Shown here: in pieces, positions 1-8,991 of the stretch
Layout: each line of letters starts with the position of its first letter
Position numbering within the stretch: position 1 is the stretch's first letter
Assembly: GCA_046704725.1 (NCBI GenBank)
Contig: JBJKRI010000003.1
Coordinates: forward strand, 10,107 to 74,106
DNA length: 64,000 nt
Source of the DNA: Candidatus Woesearchaeota archaeon
GTDB taxonomy: Archaea > Nanobdellota > Nanobdellia > Woesearchaeales > SKIA01
Direction of reading: 5' to 3'
Notes under the pieces: model-generated
The model's database searches: none
Told to the model about the DNA's origin: nothing
The model's input: only the letters and a program-made list of their open reading frames with translations
Position numbers and translations under genes: made by a program

Positions 1-1622
1 GCTCCCGCGCGTCCGTTCAGCGGCGGCATCGCTTTGAGTCCGTACTTGTCGAGCGAATCGAGTATCTTGTGGAGCTCTGCTGTCCGTTCGGTGTCCGAGA
101 GCGTCCCTCGGCTGTCAATGAGGTCGCGCTCGTCCTGCACGACTGCTGCGGAAGCGTCGAGGCGCGGGTCGGGCCCCCAGCTCTTCGCGACGTACTGCGC
201 GAGCTTCACTCCGAGATCCCCTTGTCCCTGTTCGACCATCGCGCTGGCCTGCGCGAGCAGCGTGACGGGGTTCGGTTGCTTGGTGTTGCGCATCGCGTTC
301 TGCAACAAGGCCACTTCTTCGTTGCCGACGGTGCGCGAGGTGATTGCGTCCGAGCGCGGCGTCAGTCCGCACGATGCGTGCTCGAACAGGCTGACCCCAC
401 CGCTGCTGAGCTGCGTTCCTCGTTCGTCCACGAGCAGGTAGACCGTGCACGGCTGGTCGAGATCCTTGACGGTGTAGTGGCGGGCGTTCGGGCACAGCTG
501 GTTGTTGATGTCGGCGGTGATATCCGCGCGCAATGCCTTTTCGTTGTCGAGCGGGAAGGGCGTCGTGCTGTAGACGGGGATGACCCTGATGTGCAGGCGG
601 TTCTTGATGTCTTCGATGGCTTGCGAGACTTGCTGCTGGTTGGTCGCGCTGCATTTGAGGTCCGTCCACATCGTGTCCGCGGTCTTCTGTATCCCCGTCG
701 TGAGCATCTGGTCGGCCGCCGAGAATATCGTCGTGTCCTCGATGTTCCCGAAGACGCCTTTCTGGTCCTTGAGATTGTTGAAGCCGATGTCGCTGAAGAT
801 GTAGGCGGGCGCCGTCGAGTCTCCCGAATAGGGGATGACGTCGTATCCCACCTCCGCTGATGGATCCGCATACTGTTTGATGAGTTGCTCAATGGCTAGG
901 CCGCGCGATATCGGGTATGTCTTCGCCTCGGCGGAGTTCTGCGAGACGATCGCGAAGAAGTTCTTCGCTCCCTCGTTCTGCTGCTTCGCGACGAACGTCG
1001 CGATCTCCTGCTGCCAATCCTTGGGCGCCGCCGGGTTCCATCCTGTCTTCGTGTAGATGAGCTTGAGATAGTTGTTGTAGGTCCCCGCCGCTGCCGTGCT
1101 TGGCGCTGGGTCGTTGCTCGGTGCGGTCGTCGGGGTCGCGGTGGCGGTCGGGGCGTTCTGGGCGAAGGATCGGATGATGGTGACGCGCAATTGACCTGCG
1201 GTGATCGTGCTCACCGCACCGGGATTGACTGTGATCTCGTTGGACGGCACGCCGAGCTTCTTCATCTGTGAGATTAGGACATTCTCGACCTGCGTCTCCG
1301 CTCGTGGCGGGGATGCCGTCGACCCTTCGCTGGGACTGTATTGGGCGCCGAAGGTGTACGGCATATTCCAGTCGCTGTGCACCGTGGCGAGCCAGTTCTC
1401 GAAGGCGGGCTGGTTCTGCAGGTTCACGAGCGATCCGAGAGGGACTTTTGTCCCGTCGGAGAGCGTCGCGTAGTGCGTGTAGCATACGATGAAGTACAGT
1501 GGTTTCCCGTCCGGGCCGTCGTGGGCCCCGCATGACGTCGTCGCTGCGTGCGCCGCAGGCAACGCCAGGACGATCGCGAGCAGTGCGAGCGTGAGAGCGA
1601 TCGCTACTTGGTGACGCAGCAT
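1..1622 (-). CDS. Secreted protein with Sec signal peptide (MLRHQVAIALTLALLAIVLALPAAHA/ATT) and a Thr/Pro-rich linker (APTATATPTTAPSNDPAPS). C-terminal part runs off the window, so partial.
   Basis: This minus frame is absent from the ORF track because it has no stop in the window. Hand translation at 300-360, 841-900 and 1561-1622 is open and protein-like. ATG at 1622-1620 is followed by an n-h-c signal peptide. The plus-strand ORFs covering it (69..860 etc.) are Arg-rich shadows. Confidence 0.6.
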   Translation of the reverse strand, partial: MLRHQVAIALTLALLAIVLALPAAHAATTSCGAHDGPDGKPLYFIVCYTHYATLSDGTKVPLGSLVNLQNQPAFENWLATVHSDWNMPYTFGAQYSPSEGSTASPPRAETQVENVLISQMKKLGVPSNEITVNPGAVSTITAGQLRVTIIRSFAQNAPTATATPTTAPSNDPAPSTAAAGTYNNYLKLIYTKTGWNPAAPKDWQQEIATFVAKQQNEGAKNFFAIVSQNSAEAKTYPISRGLAIEQLIKQYADPSAEVGYDVIPYSGDSTAPAYIFSDIGFNNLKDQKGVFGNIEDTTIFSAADQMLTTGIQKTADTMWTDLKCSATNQQQVSQAIEDIKNRLHIRVIPVYSTTPFPLDNEKALRADITADINNQLCPNARHYTVKDLDQPCTVYLLVDERGTQLSSGGVSLFEHASCGLTPRSDAITSRTVGNEEVALLQNAMRNTKQPNPVTLLAQASAMVEQGQGDLGVKLAQYVAKSWGPDPRLDASAAVVQDERDLIDSRGTLSDTERTAELHKILDSLDKYGLKAMPPLNGRAG

Positions 1623-1912
1623 ACGGTCCCTCCCGCCGGGTAGCTGTATACCACCCAGTTGTCTTGTTGTTGGTATGTGGCCGATGCGCTGCAGGTACCT
1701 CCCTGCACCGCCGTCCCGCCTCTGCTCGCGCATTCGTTCGCGCCGATGCACGTGCCTTGGTAGATCGATTGGCAGTTGTTGATGGTCTTCTGCGCGTTCT
1801 GCGTCTGATGGGTGATCAATACCGCCATGATGAGGAGCACGAGCAGCGCCAGCGCGATCATGACGATTACTCCTGTCGCGATCTCACCTCGTGCCATGCG
1901 CTTGCCCCGCAC
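1604..1912 (-). CDS. Small (102 aa) membrane-anchored or secreted Cys-rich protein with an N-terminal basic stretch and hydrophobic helix.
   Basis: ORF with MRGKRMARG + 23-residue hydrophobic segment, then 6 Cys. Overlaps the start of the downstream secreted-protein gene by 19 nt. Confidence 0.35.
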   Translation of the reverse strand: MRGKRMARGEIATGVIVMIALALLVLLIMAVLITHQTQNAQKTINNCQSIYQGTCIGANECASRGGTAVQGGTCSASATYQQQDNWVVYSYPAGGTVCCVTK

Positions 1913-2142
1913 TCGGCGCTATAAAAAGTGTTGCGCTGCGCTCCGTGCGATCCGTCCTGGATAGACGTCCGGTTTCCATAGGAAATCAGGGGGTGCGGGA
2001 GTCGATTTTCGAGGAGAGCCCCTCTCCAGCGGGAATTTCTCACTTTCAAGGAGTTTATCGAACCTGTATGCTGCGTTCGGTATATCCGAATAATCATTCT
2101 TTATAAACAAACATTTATAAGGAAGCTCTGTTCTTTAGCTGT

Positions 2143-2150
2143 TTTATAAG
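2143..2150 (+). promoter_or_regulatory. TATA-like box (ttttataa) about 20-25 nt upstream of the tbp ATG. Implies a leaderless transcript. Further TATA-like boxes at 2101-2107 and 2114-2120.
   Basis: AT-rich motif in an otherwise GC-rich intergenic region, at archaeal promoter spacing. Confidence 0.4.
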
Positions 2151-2168
2151 GCGTTGGGGGTATAACGC

Positions 2169-2717
2169 ATGGCACAAAAACCGAAAACAGAAGTCGAAAT
2201 CGTGAACATCGTCGTCTCGACGAACCTCGAGCATCCCATACCGCTCGAGAAGATGGCGGCGACACTGTCGAACACCGAGTACAATCCGGAGCAGTTCCCG
2301 GGACTGGTCATCCGCATCAAGGACCCCAAGACGAGCGCGCTGATCTTCAGCAGCGGCAACGTCGTCTGCACGGGCGGACGCACCATGGAACAGGTCGAAC
2401 AGGCAATCAAGGAGATCATCAAGAGCCTGGACAAGATCGGCGTCAAGATCACCGTCACCCCGCGCATCCAGGTCCAGAACATCGTCGCGTCCGGCGCAAT
2501 CGGTATGAAACTCAACCTCAACGTGCTTGCCATGCGCCTCGAGAACACTGAGTACGAACCCGAGCAGTTCCCCGGACTCGTCTACAAGCTCAACGAAGCA
2601 AAAGCGACGTTCCTGCTGTTCAGCAACGGCAAGGTCGTGTGCACCGGCACCAAGAGCGAGCAAGAGGTCCACAACGCAATGGACATGCTCGTGGACCGTC
2701 TCCAGGAATTCGCGTAG
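2169..2717 (+). CDS. tbp: TATA-box binding protein
   Basis: 182 aa with two direct repeats typical of TBP (EQFPGLVIR...SGNVVCTGG / EQFPGLVYK...SNGKVVCTGT). Confidence 0.95.
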   Translation: MAQKPKTEVEIVNIVVSTNLEHPIPLEKMAATLSNTEYNPEQFPGLVIRIKDPKTSALIFSSGNVVCTGGRTMEQVEQAIKEIIKSLDKIGVKITVTPRIQVQNIVASGAIGMKLNLNVLAMRLENTEYEPEQFPGLVYKLNEAKATFLLFSNGKVVCTGTKSEQEVHNAMDMLVDRLQEFA

Positions 2718-2950
2718 GATTGCATTCTCAATCCGAGCAATCCGATGGCTACGCCCGCGCGCTGAGCAGCAGGACAAGAAATATTTTCCATAAAAGCGAC
2801 GTCCCTTCCCACTGGACATGCACGCACACAGCGTCTTAATGCATGGACGACCCATTCTCCACGAGAAACGCGCGACACCCGGAAAATGCCGGTTCGGTTC
2901 CTTTTCTTTCCGATAGGCATTCATTAAGGAGCGCGCGTCGCAAAAACACG

Positions 2951-4966
2951 ATGGACGCCACGACCCAGATCGCGCAGCTGCAGGAGTTCTTCGAGACCAC
3001 GGTCCACGCGCCATTGCTGGAAGCGATCCGCACGGGCAGGAACACCCTCGCGGTCGACTTCGAGCTGCTCGCGCAGTTCGACCCCGAGCTCGCGACCATG
3101 CTCCTCGACGAGCCGGAGAACACACTGAAGGCGTGCGAGATCGCCATCGAGCAACTCGAAGGCCAGAAGTCATTCTCCGTGCGCTTCCGCGAACTCCCTG
3201 GAGCGCAGCGCATGCCCGTTCGCGACCTGCGCGCCAAACACCTGAGCAGGTTCGTCCAACTCACCGGCATCGTCCGCCAGAAGACCGACGTCCGCCCGCA
3301 GATCACGAGCGCGCGCTTCGAATGCCCGAGCTGCGGCAACATCATCAGCGTCCTGCAGCTCGAGAGCAAGTTCCGCGAGCCCAACCGTTGCGGCTGCGGT
3401 CGCAAGGGCAAGTTCCGCCTCCTGAGCAAGGAACTCGTGGACGCCCAGAAGATCGTGCTCGAGGAGTCGCCCGACGACCTCGAGGGCGGCGAGCAGCCCA
3501 AGCGCCTCAATATCTTCCTGCGAAAAGACCTCGTCAGTCCCATCACCGACAAGAAGACCAATCCCGGGAGTAAGGTCGTCGTGACGGGTTATCTCAAGGA
3601 AGTGCCCATTCCTTTACCATCCGGCGGCCAGTCCACTCGCTACGACATCGTGCTCGAGACCAACCACGTCGAGCCCGTCGAGGAGGACTACAGCCAGATC
3701 AGCATCAATCCCGAGGAGGTCGAGCAGATAGAGACGATGAGCAAGGACCCGCGGATCTTCGACAAGCTCGTCAACAGCCTCGCGCCCGGGGTCTACGGCC
3801 ACGAGCGCATCAAGGAGGCCATCATCCTGCAGATGCTCGGCGGCGTCAAGAAACGCCGCTCCGACGGGGTCTCCGTGCGCGGCGACATGCACGTCCTGCT
3901 CGTGGGCGACCCGGGAGCGGGAAAGTCCATCCTGCTCAAGCGCAGCCAGGAGGTGGCGCCGAAGAGCCGTTTCGTCTCGGGAAAGGGCACCTCCGGAGCT
4001 GGTCTGACTGCGGCTGTCGTCCGCGACGAGTTCTTGCGCGGCTGGGCCTTGGAGGCTGGCGCTTTGGTGTTGGCCAACAAGGGTTTCGTCATGATCGACG
4101 AGCTCGACAAGATGTCCCCCGAGGACCGCTCGGCCTTCCACGAGGCATTGGAGCAGCAGACCGTCACTATCTCGAAAGCCAACATCCAGGCCACATTGCG
4201 CTGCGAGACCGTCGTCCTCGCCGCCGCGAACCCAAAGTTCGGCCGCTTCGACCCGTATGAATTGCTGGCCAAGCAAATCGACCTTCCTTCCACGCTCATC
4301 AACCGCTTCGACCTCATCTTCCCCGTGCGCGACCTGCCCGGAGAGGAGAAGGACCGCAAGCTCGCCGACTTCGTCCTGCGCCTGCACCAGACCGGTGACG
4401 TCCAGGAGGTCCCCATCGAGACCTCGCTTCTCACCAAGTACATCAGCTTCGCCCGCGGGCGATGCTTCCCGCACCTCTCCGAGGACGCGGTCCAAGAGAT
4501 ACAGAAGTTCTACGTCACCATGCGCAACGCCGAGGGGAGCGCCGACGGTATCAGCGCGATCCCCATCTCCGCCCGCCAGCTAGAAGCGCTCGTGCGCATG
4601 TCCGAGGCCTCGGCCCGCTCGCGCCTCTCGACAGAGGTCACGCGCGACGACGCCAAGCGCGCCATCGACCTGCTCATGCATTGCCTGCAGCAGCTCGGCG
4701 TGGATCCGGAGACGGGCAAGCTCGATATCGACCGTCTCGGCACGGGCGTCACCGCTTCCTCGCGCAACCAGGTCCACACCATCAAGGAGATCATCCGCGA
4801 GCTCGCCGACCTGACCGGCGACGCTCTTGTCGCGGAAGAGGAGATCCTCGCCAAGGCCAAGGAGAAGGGCATCGACGACGACAAGACCGACGAGATCCTC
4901 GAACGTCTCAACCGCATGGGCGACATCTTCCGCCCCAAGCCCGGCTTCTACTCGATGATGAAATGA
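2951..4966 (+). CDS. mcm: MCM replicative helicase
   Basis: C4 zinc finger (CPSCGN...CGCG), Walker A GDPGAGKS, Walker B DELDKM, arginine finger SRFDLIF. The internal ATG at 2951 is chosen over the track start 2843 because the first 36 aa are Arg/Ser-rich and a TATA-like box (2920-2927) lies 24-31 nt upstream of 2951. Confidence 0.95.
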   Translation: MDATTQIAQLQEFFETTVHAPLLEAIRTGRNTLAVDFELLAQFDPELATMLLDEPENTLKACEIAIEQLEGQKSFSVRFRELPGAQRMPVRDLRAKHLSRFVQLTGIVRQKTDVRPQITSARFECPSCGNIISVLQLESKFREPNRCGCGRKGKFRLLSKELVDAQKIVLEESPDDLEGGEQPKRLNIFLRKDLVSPITDKKTNPGSKVVVTGYLKEVPIPLPSGGQSTRYDIVLETNHVEPVEEDYSQISINPEEVEQIETMSKDPRIFDKLVNSLAPGVYGHERIKEAIILQMLGGVKKRRSDGVSVRGDMHVLLVGDPGAGKSILLKRSQEVAPKSRFVSGKGTSGAGLTAAVVRDEFLRGWALEAGALVLANKGFVMIDELDKMSPEDRSAFHEALEQQTVTISKANIQATLRCETVVLAAANPKFGRFDPYELLAKQIDLPSTLINRFDLIFPVRDLPGEEKDRKLADFVLRLHQTGDVQEVPIETSLLTKYISFARGRCFPHLSEDAVQEIQKFYVTMRNAEGSADGISAIPISARQLEALVRMSEASARSRLSTEVTRDDAKRAIDLLMHCLQQLGVDPETGKLDIDRLGTGVTASSRNQVHTIKEIIRELADLTGDALVAEEEILAKAKEKGIDDDKTDEILERLNRMGDIFRPKPGFYSMMK

Positions 4967-4967
4967 G

Positions 4968-5789
4968 TCACGCGACGCGTATATTTTCTTTCTTCGCTTC
5001 TTTGATAGCTTCATCAAGGCTTTCATCCACGAGCGAACGGAATTCTTTCCGGTGCATCCGCTCACCTACCGTCAGTTGTGCGGCCTCATAGAGCTTTCCG
5101 ATCGCGAAGGGACGCACCCCGCTCACCGTGACCAGAAACGCGTCTTTCAGAGGGCCGACAGAATGCTTCATGCGCTCAGTCTGCGCGGCTGAGAGCAGCG
5201 AGTCAGCCACGAGATTGGGGAATGACGGTTCGGGATGCAGACTGAGAAGGTACTTCATGTTTTCGAGGAAAAGGGCGCTCTCACCGATGGCATCATAAAG
5301 AAACTCTGGTTGATACATGCGTTGGGTTGGTGAAACATGCCCGAACCGAACACCATCCTGAAAAGCGTAGACCATCAAGAATTCATTGTTGAATGAATTA
5401 AGATCCTCCCGTTTATTCATCATTCGCGTATGCCATCGCCTGATAGAAGAAGATAGCATCCCGTCCGAACGAGCGAGACGCGCCTCAATCTCCTGCAACG
5501 AAATCCCGTACGTGTGTTCTGCAAAGGCCGATACTGCTTCCCGATAAATGCGCCATTCAACATCGTGGAGGAGTTTGAGCGGATCGTCTCCTTCCTTCAT
5601 CTCATTCGCGAGCGCTGACAGAACGTCTTCCGAAAAGTCGAGATATCCCGCATAACCGGTCGTGTACGTGTCCTGCGCCACAATCTTACTCCTAGTCCCG
5701 AGAAGGGCGTCGTCATCGCTCGAAACGAGCTGGCGCTCGCCCATGAGCAGTCCGTGCTCGTCTGTGGCCGCAGCGACGATAAGCGTCAT
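4968..5789 (-). CDS. Proteasome-beta/HslV/Anbu-like Ntn-hydrolase (273 aa). Thr directly follows Met1, so there is no propeptide. About 70 aa C-terminal extension.
   Basis: MTLIVAAATDEHGLLMGERQ...SKIVAQDTYTTGYAGY matches the Thr1/Glu17/Lys33 region of proteasome beta subunits, e.g. Thermoplasma TTTVGI...ATERR...KKLFQIDTYTGMTIAG. Confidence 0.6.
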   Translation of the reverse strand: MTLIVAAATDEHGLLMGERQLVSSDDDALLGTRSKIVAQDTYTTGYAGYLDFSEDVLSALANEMKEGDDPLKLLHDVEWRIYREAVSAFAEHTYGISLQEIEARLARSDGMLSSSIRRWHTRMMNKREDLNSFNNEFLMVYAFQDGVRFGHVSPTQRMYQPEFLYDAIGESALFLENMKYLLSLHPEPSFPNLVADSLLSAAQTERMKHSVGPLKDAFLVTVSGVRPFAIGKLYEAAQLTVGERMHRKEFRSLVDESLDEAIKEAKKENIRVA

Positions 5790-5831
5790 GGGGCCGTTGC
5801 TCGCAGCTTCCTCATAAGCCCTCCGCTAGGC

Positions 5832-5839
5832 TTATTAAG
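5832..5839. promoter_or_regulatory. Near-palindromic TATA-like element (ttattaag) between divergent genes 4968..5789(-) and 5866..6465(+).
   Basis: Only AT-rich motif in the 76-bp divergent intergenic region. Confidence 0.3.
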
Positions 5840-5865
5840 CACGCCGATTGACTGGTGACGGGGGA

Positions 5866-6465
5866 ATGCACATGCGACAGGTAGCGCATCACGTCTATGT
5901 CAAGGAGCTCTTGGAGGGTTCTTATGAGGAGCGTGAGGGCTGGGAGCCGAACATCCTCCACACGGGCCGCGGCGACCTCTCGCGCTGCAACGTGGTGGGC
6001 GTGCTCTTGTCATTGGGCGGAGAGCAGGTCCTCGACGACGGCACCGGGCAGGTGTCGTTGCGCGCCTTCGACCCTGTTCCGGGACTGGACAAGGCGTCAT
6101 CGGGCGAGGTCGTCCAGGTCGTCGGGCGCCCAAGGGTCTATCAGCAGCGCTCCTACATCATCCCCGAGAGCGTCCGCTCCGTCGGTCCGGACTGGGCGCG
6201 CGTCCGCAAGGCCGAGCTCGGAGAGCCCAAGGCATTCGTCGCTCCTGAAAGACCCGCTCCCAAGAAAGAGCCCGAGCCGCAGTTCGACAACAAGGCGGAG
6301 TTCCTCATCTCCATCATCGGCGGCCTGGACGAGGGGGAGGGCGCCGACGTGCAGGACGTGGTGAAAAAGAGCGGTCTGGGCAAGGACGCCGACCGCATCA
6401 TGGAGCAGCTCCTGCTCGACGGCGAGGTCTTCGAGATCCGCCCCGGCGTTGTGAAGGTGCTGTGA
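5866..6465 (+). CDS. OB-fold plus C-terminal winged-helix protein, RPA2/RPA32-like. Putative ssDNA-binding subunit.
   Basis: N-terminal OB-like region (CNVVGVLL...GEVVQVVGRPRVYQQRSYI) and a C-terminal wH-like segment (AEFLISIIGG...DVVKKSGLGKDADRIMEQLLLDGEVFEI). ATG at 5866 is preferred over the TTG at 5848. Confidence 0.45.
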   Translation: MHMRQVAHHVYVKELLEGSYEEREGWEPNILHTGRGDLSRCNVVGVLLSLGGEQVLDDGTGQVSLRAFDPVPGLDKASSGEVVQVVGRPRVYQQRSYIIPESVRSVGPDWARVRKAELGEPKAFVAPERPAPKKEPEPQFDNKAEFLISIIGGLDEGEGADVQDVVKKSGLGKDADRIMEQLLLDGEVFEIRPGVVKVL

Positions 6466-6872
6466 CCCCCGAAGAGGTCTATCACGAGCTGCTCGATCAC
6501 GGCGAGTGCGTGCTCGCCACATCATCGTCCGACGGGAAGCCGGAGGCTGCCACGGTCTTCTACGCCGTCGCGGATGACGGCAGCCTCCATATCAGCACCT
6601 TCACATCCTACCGCAAGTACAAGAATCTCATCGACAATCCGCGCGTGAGCGTGGTAGTGACTGTCGATGTGCGTTCGGTGCAGATTGACGGCGTGGCAGA
6701 AGAGCTCTCGGGCGAGGAAGCGATACGTTCGCAACGGTTGCAGGATGCCAAGCACGGCATGATGAGCAAGTACGCCGAGGATCCCCGCACGCGCTACTTC
6801 CACATACGCCCGGCATGGGTGCGCGTGTATGTCGACCACGGACATCACGTCCTCTTCGGGGAGGACAAATGA
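6462..6872 (+). CDS. Pyridoxamine-5'-phosphate-oxidase-like FMN-binding split-barrel protein
   Basis: 136 aa, pattern typical of the PNPOx-like family. GTG start overlaps the upstream stop (GTGA). Confidence 0.5.
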   Translation: MTPEEVYHELLDHGECVLATSSSDGKPEAATVFYAVADDGSLHISTFTSYRKYKNLIDNPRVSVVVTVDVRSVQIDGVAEELSGEEAIRSQRLQDAKHGMMSKYAEDPRTRYFHIRPAWVRVYVDHGHHVLFGEDK

Positions 6873-7306
6873 CGCTCTCTGCTGAGGACGCGGAGCTCCT
6901 CGACGCGGCCAAAGAGGCGTCGAAATACACATACAATCCGTACTCCGGTTTCGCTGTCGGCGCTGCGCTGCGTCTTTCCGACGGTTCTGTCGTGACAGGC
7001 GCGAATATCGAGAACGCGTCGTACGGCGCGGTCATCTGCGCCGAGCGCGCCGCGGTCGCGCACGCCTATTCGCAGGGCCGGCGCGATATCGTCGCTATCG
7101 CGGTCATCGCTCCTTCCGACAAGTCAGAGGAATTGACCGGCCCGTGCGGCATCTGCAGGCAGGTCCTGCTCGAGGTCTCGCAGGTGGCTGGCGTTCCTAT
7201 AAAGGTCATCCTCTCCAACGGCGACAGCTCCAAGACGGAGGTCACGGATATCGCTTCGCTCTTGCCGCGCGCTTTCGGCCCGGACAATCTCGGCATCACT
7301 TCCTGA
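6869..7306 (+). CDS. cdd: Cytidine deaminase (homotetrameric type)
   Basis: CAERAA and PCGICRQ zinc-ligand motifs. ATG at 6869 overlaps the upstream stop (ATGA). The track N-extension is Arg-rich. Confidence 0.85.
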   Translation: MTLSAEDAELLDAAKEASKYTYNPYSGFAVGAALRLSDGSVVTGANIENASYGAVICAERAAVAHAYSQGRRDIVAIAVIAPSDKSEELTGPCGICRQVLLEVSQVAGVPIKVILSNGDSSKTEVTDIASLLPRAFGPDNLGITS

Positions 7307-7712
7307 TGACTCTGGGAAGAACCATCCACGCCGCTTGATTTCCGAAGCCGGTCTTGTCGATAGCGAACGGCTCCACTGTCTGTATGTCTGATAGGTGGAT
7401 GAGCACGGCGTGCCGCTTGTTCCTCACTCCTTCAAAGAACCTGCCTTTCTCTTCCATCACCCCCAATCCTTTCGCATCCTTTTCCACGATACGCATGATG
7501 CGCTCGGGCGTCAGGTCGGAGTGCTCCTCCACGTGCGAGACGCGTGCCTTGGCCACGACCGGACCGCCGCTGCGCTTGAGCCAGACCATTTCTCCAGACG
7601 ATATCCGTCCGTACGGCGCCCGACGCGTCCGGTACCAGCGGCTCTCGATCGTCTTCTCGCCCGAGAGGATGCGAGACAAGAACGGCTCCTTGAGTATGGC
7701 GACGTGTTCCAC
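7296..7712 (-). CDS. ASCH (PUA-like) domain protein
   Basis: 138 aa. MEHVAILKEPFLSRILSGEKTIESRW is typical of the ASCH N-terminus. Confidence 0.5.
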   Translation of the reverse strand: MEHVAILKEPFLSRILSGEKTIESRWYRTRRAPYGRISSGEMVWLKRSGGPVVAKARVSHVEEHSDLTPERIMRIVEKDAKGLGVMEEKGRFFEGVRNKRHAVLIHLSDIQTVEPFAIDKTGFGNQAAWMVLPRVIRK

Positions 7713-7755
7713 AAGAGTGTCAGTGAACCTGAGCTACAAAGATGTTTCGCCGGAT

Positions 7756-7998
7756 TCAGGTCCAGCGCTCCCACAGCGCGCGCAGCGGCAGCAATACCAA
7801 CGTGCTCAGGACATACGCGATGGCCGGCACTCCAGCGCTCAGCCAGGGGTCTGGAGCGTTGATGAGCGTGAGGAACACGAGCATGGTGATATATGTCAGA
7901 ACAGCGATCGACGCCCGGCGCGTCACGCTCGTCTCCCACTGCTTGTCCTTCTCTACGCGTTTGTTCCGTTCTTCGATGGCGTGTAGTCTGTCTTTCAT
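7756..7998 (-). CDS. Small 2-TM membrane protein (80 aa)
   Basis: Hydrophobic helices. Lies immediately downstream of the SpoIIM-like gene, with a 1-nt gap. Confidence 0.35.
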   Translation of the reverse strand: MKDRLHAIEERNKRVEKDKQWETSVTRRASIAVLTYITMLVFLTLINAPDPWLSAGVPAIAYVLSTLVLLPLRALWERWT

Positions 7999-7999
7999 T

Positions 8000-8917
8000 T
8001 CAGTAGAACACCGGCGTGATCCAGGCTTCCCATACGCCTGCCAGGAACAAGATGATGATGGAGAGGATGATCAGGTCGGCCGCGTCTATCACGACGTGCT
8101 CGAACTTCTTGCTGCGCCAGTGGTGTTTTATCACCGCGACGCTGATGATGCCTCCCGCGAGTCCGGCGATGATGTAGGCGATGACCTCGAGCGCGCCGTG
8201 TATGCCGTATCGAAGACCAAGCACTTGCGCGGGTATCATCAGGTAGGAGGCGATCTTCGCCAACCCGCCGCCGCTCGCTGCTTCCGAGAGCTTCAGTCGG
8301 ATGGCGTTGCCCGCCGCCAAGGCGATGACTGAAGCGTTCCACGTCAGGATGTACACCGCGCCCGCTCCGTACAGGAAGCTGAAGAGCACGCAATACCCCA
8401 ACACGCGCAGGTTGTTGAGGAAGATCCGCGCGAAGAACGGCACGCCAGACAGGCCGGTCGTCGTCGCCATGCCGCTGTTGATGTTCTGGTAGGTGTGTAT
8501 CTGCGCGCTGAAGATGTTCTGCGTGGTCGCCGTCGGCAAGAACAGGTAGGCCGCCGTCAGCCCGAGCGTCACTCCGACGAAGAGCAGGAAGTACGCGCTC
8601 ACGGCCTTGCCGTGCTCCTTGATGAGCACGCGTTCCTCCAGGTCGGACAGGTCCTTGTCCTCCTCGTACTTGATGGTGTTGTACAGGAAGGGGATACTCG
8701 CCGCGGTGATGAAGAACACCATCACCATGCTCGCGTTCTCCGGGAACAATACGAGACTGAACAGGATGCCTATTCCTGCATAGGCGAACCCGACGAGCAC
8801 GAGCCACGCGGGATGCAGTTCCGCCTTGAAGGGATTGGTGATGGACTCAAGGACCACGCTACGTGCCTTCTCGGCTCGTTCGCTTATAAAGGTCGCGGCT
8901 CGCCCAGACACCAGCAC
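8000..8917 (-). CDS. SpoIIM/DUF95-family integral membrane protein
   Basis: 305 aa, multi-pass membrane topology and sequence pattern typical of archaeal DUF95. Confidence 0.55.
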   Translation of the reverse strand: MLVSGRAATFISERAEKARSVVLESITNPFKAELHPAWLVLVGFAYAGIGILFSLVLFPENASMVMVFFITAASIPFLYNTIKYEEDKDLSDLEERVLIKEHGKAVSAYFLLFVGVTLGLTAAYLFLPTATTQNIFSAQIHTYQNINSGMATTTGLSGVPFFARIFLNNLRVLGYCVLFSFLYGAGAVYILTWNASVIALAAGNAIRLKLSEAASGGGLAKIASYLMIPAQVLGLRYGIHGALEVIAYIIAGLAGGIISVAVIKHHWRSKKFEHVVIDAADLIILSIIILFLAGVWEAWITPVFY

Positions 8918-8991
8918 TACAAAATACTGTATCTATATGGCATAGAGAATACGCACAATGCATATTTGTAGCGTGCGGGCCGATTCCTCAT

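Noticed and set aside
69-1533. Track ORFs 69..860(+), 115..669(-), 362..892(-), 889..1533(-)
   Set aside because: Arg/Ser-rich low-complexity translations typical of shadow frames in GC-rich DNA. The unlisted stop-free minus frame encodes a convincing signal-peptide protein instead.
2885-2910. tRNA T-arm-like string ccggttcggttcc
   Set aside because: No acceptor or anticodon stem could be built around it, and A58 is replaced by G. More likely part of the mcm promoter region.
2843-2950. N-terminal 36-aa extension of MCM from track start 2843
   Set aside because: Arg/Ser-rich. The ATG at 2951 yields the canonical MCM N-terminus and sits downstream of a TATA-like box.
3614-4495. Long antisense ORFs inside mcm, dp2 (22054..23154, 23491..25071), the r-protein genes and the partial membrane gene (62845..63900)
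   Set aside because: Typical stop-poor antisense frames of high-GC coding DNA, with Arg/Ala/Gly/Asp-rich products and no motifs.
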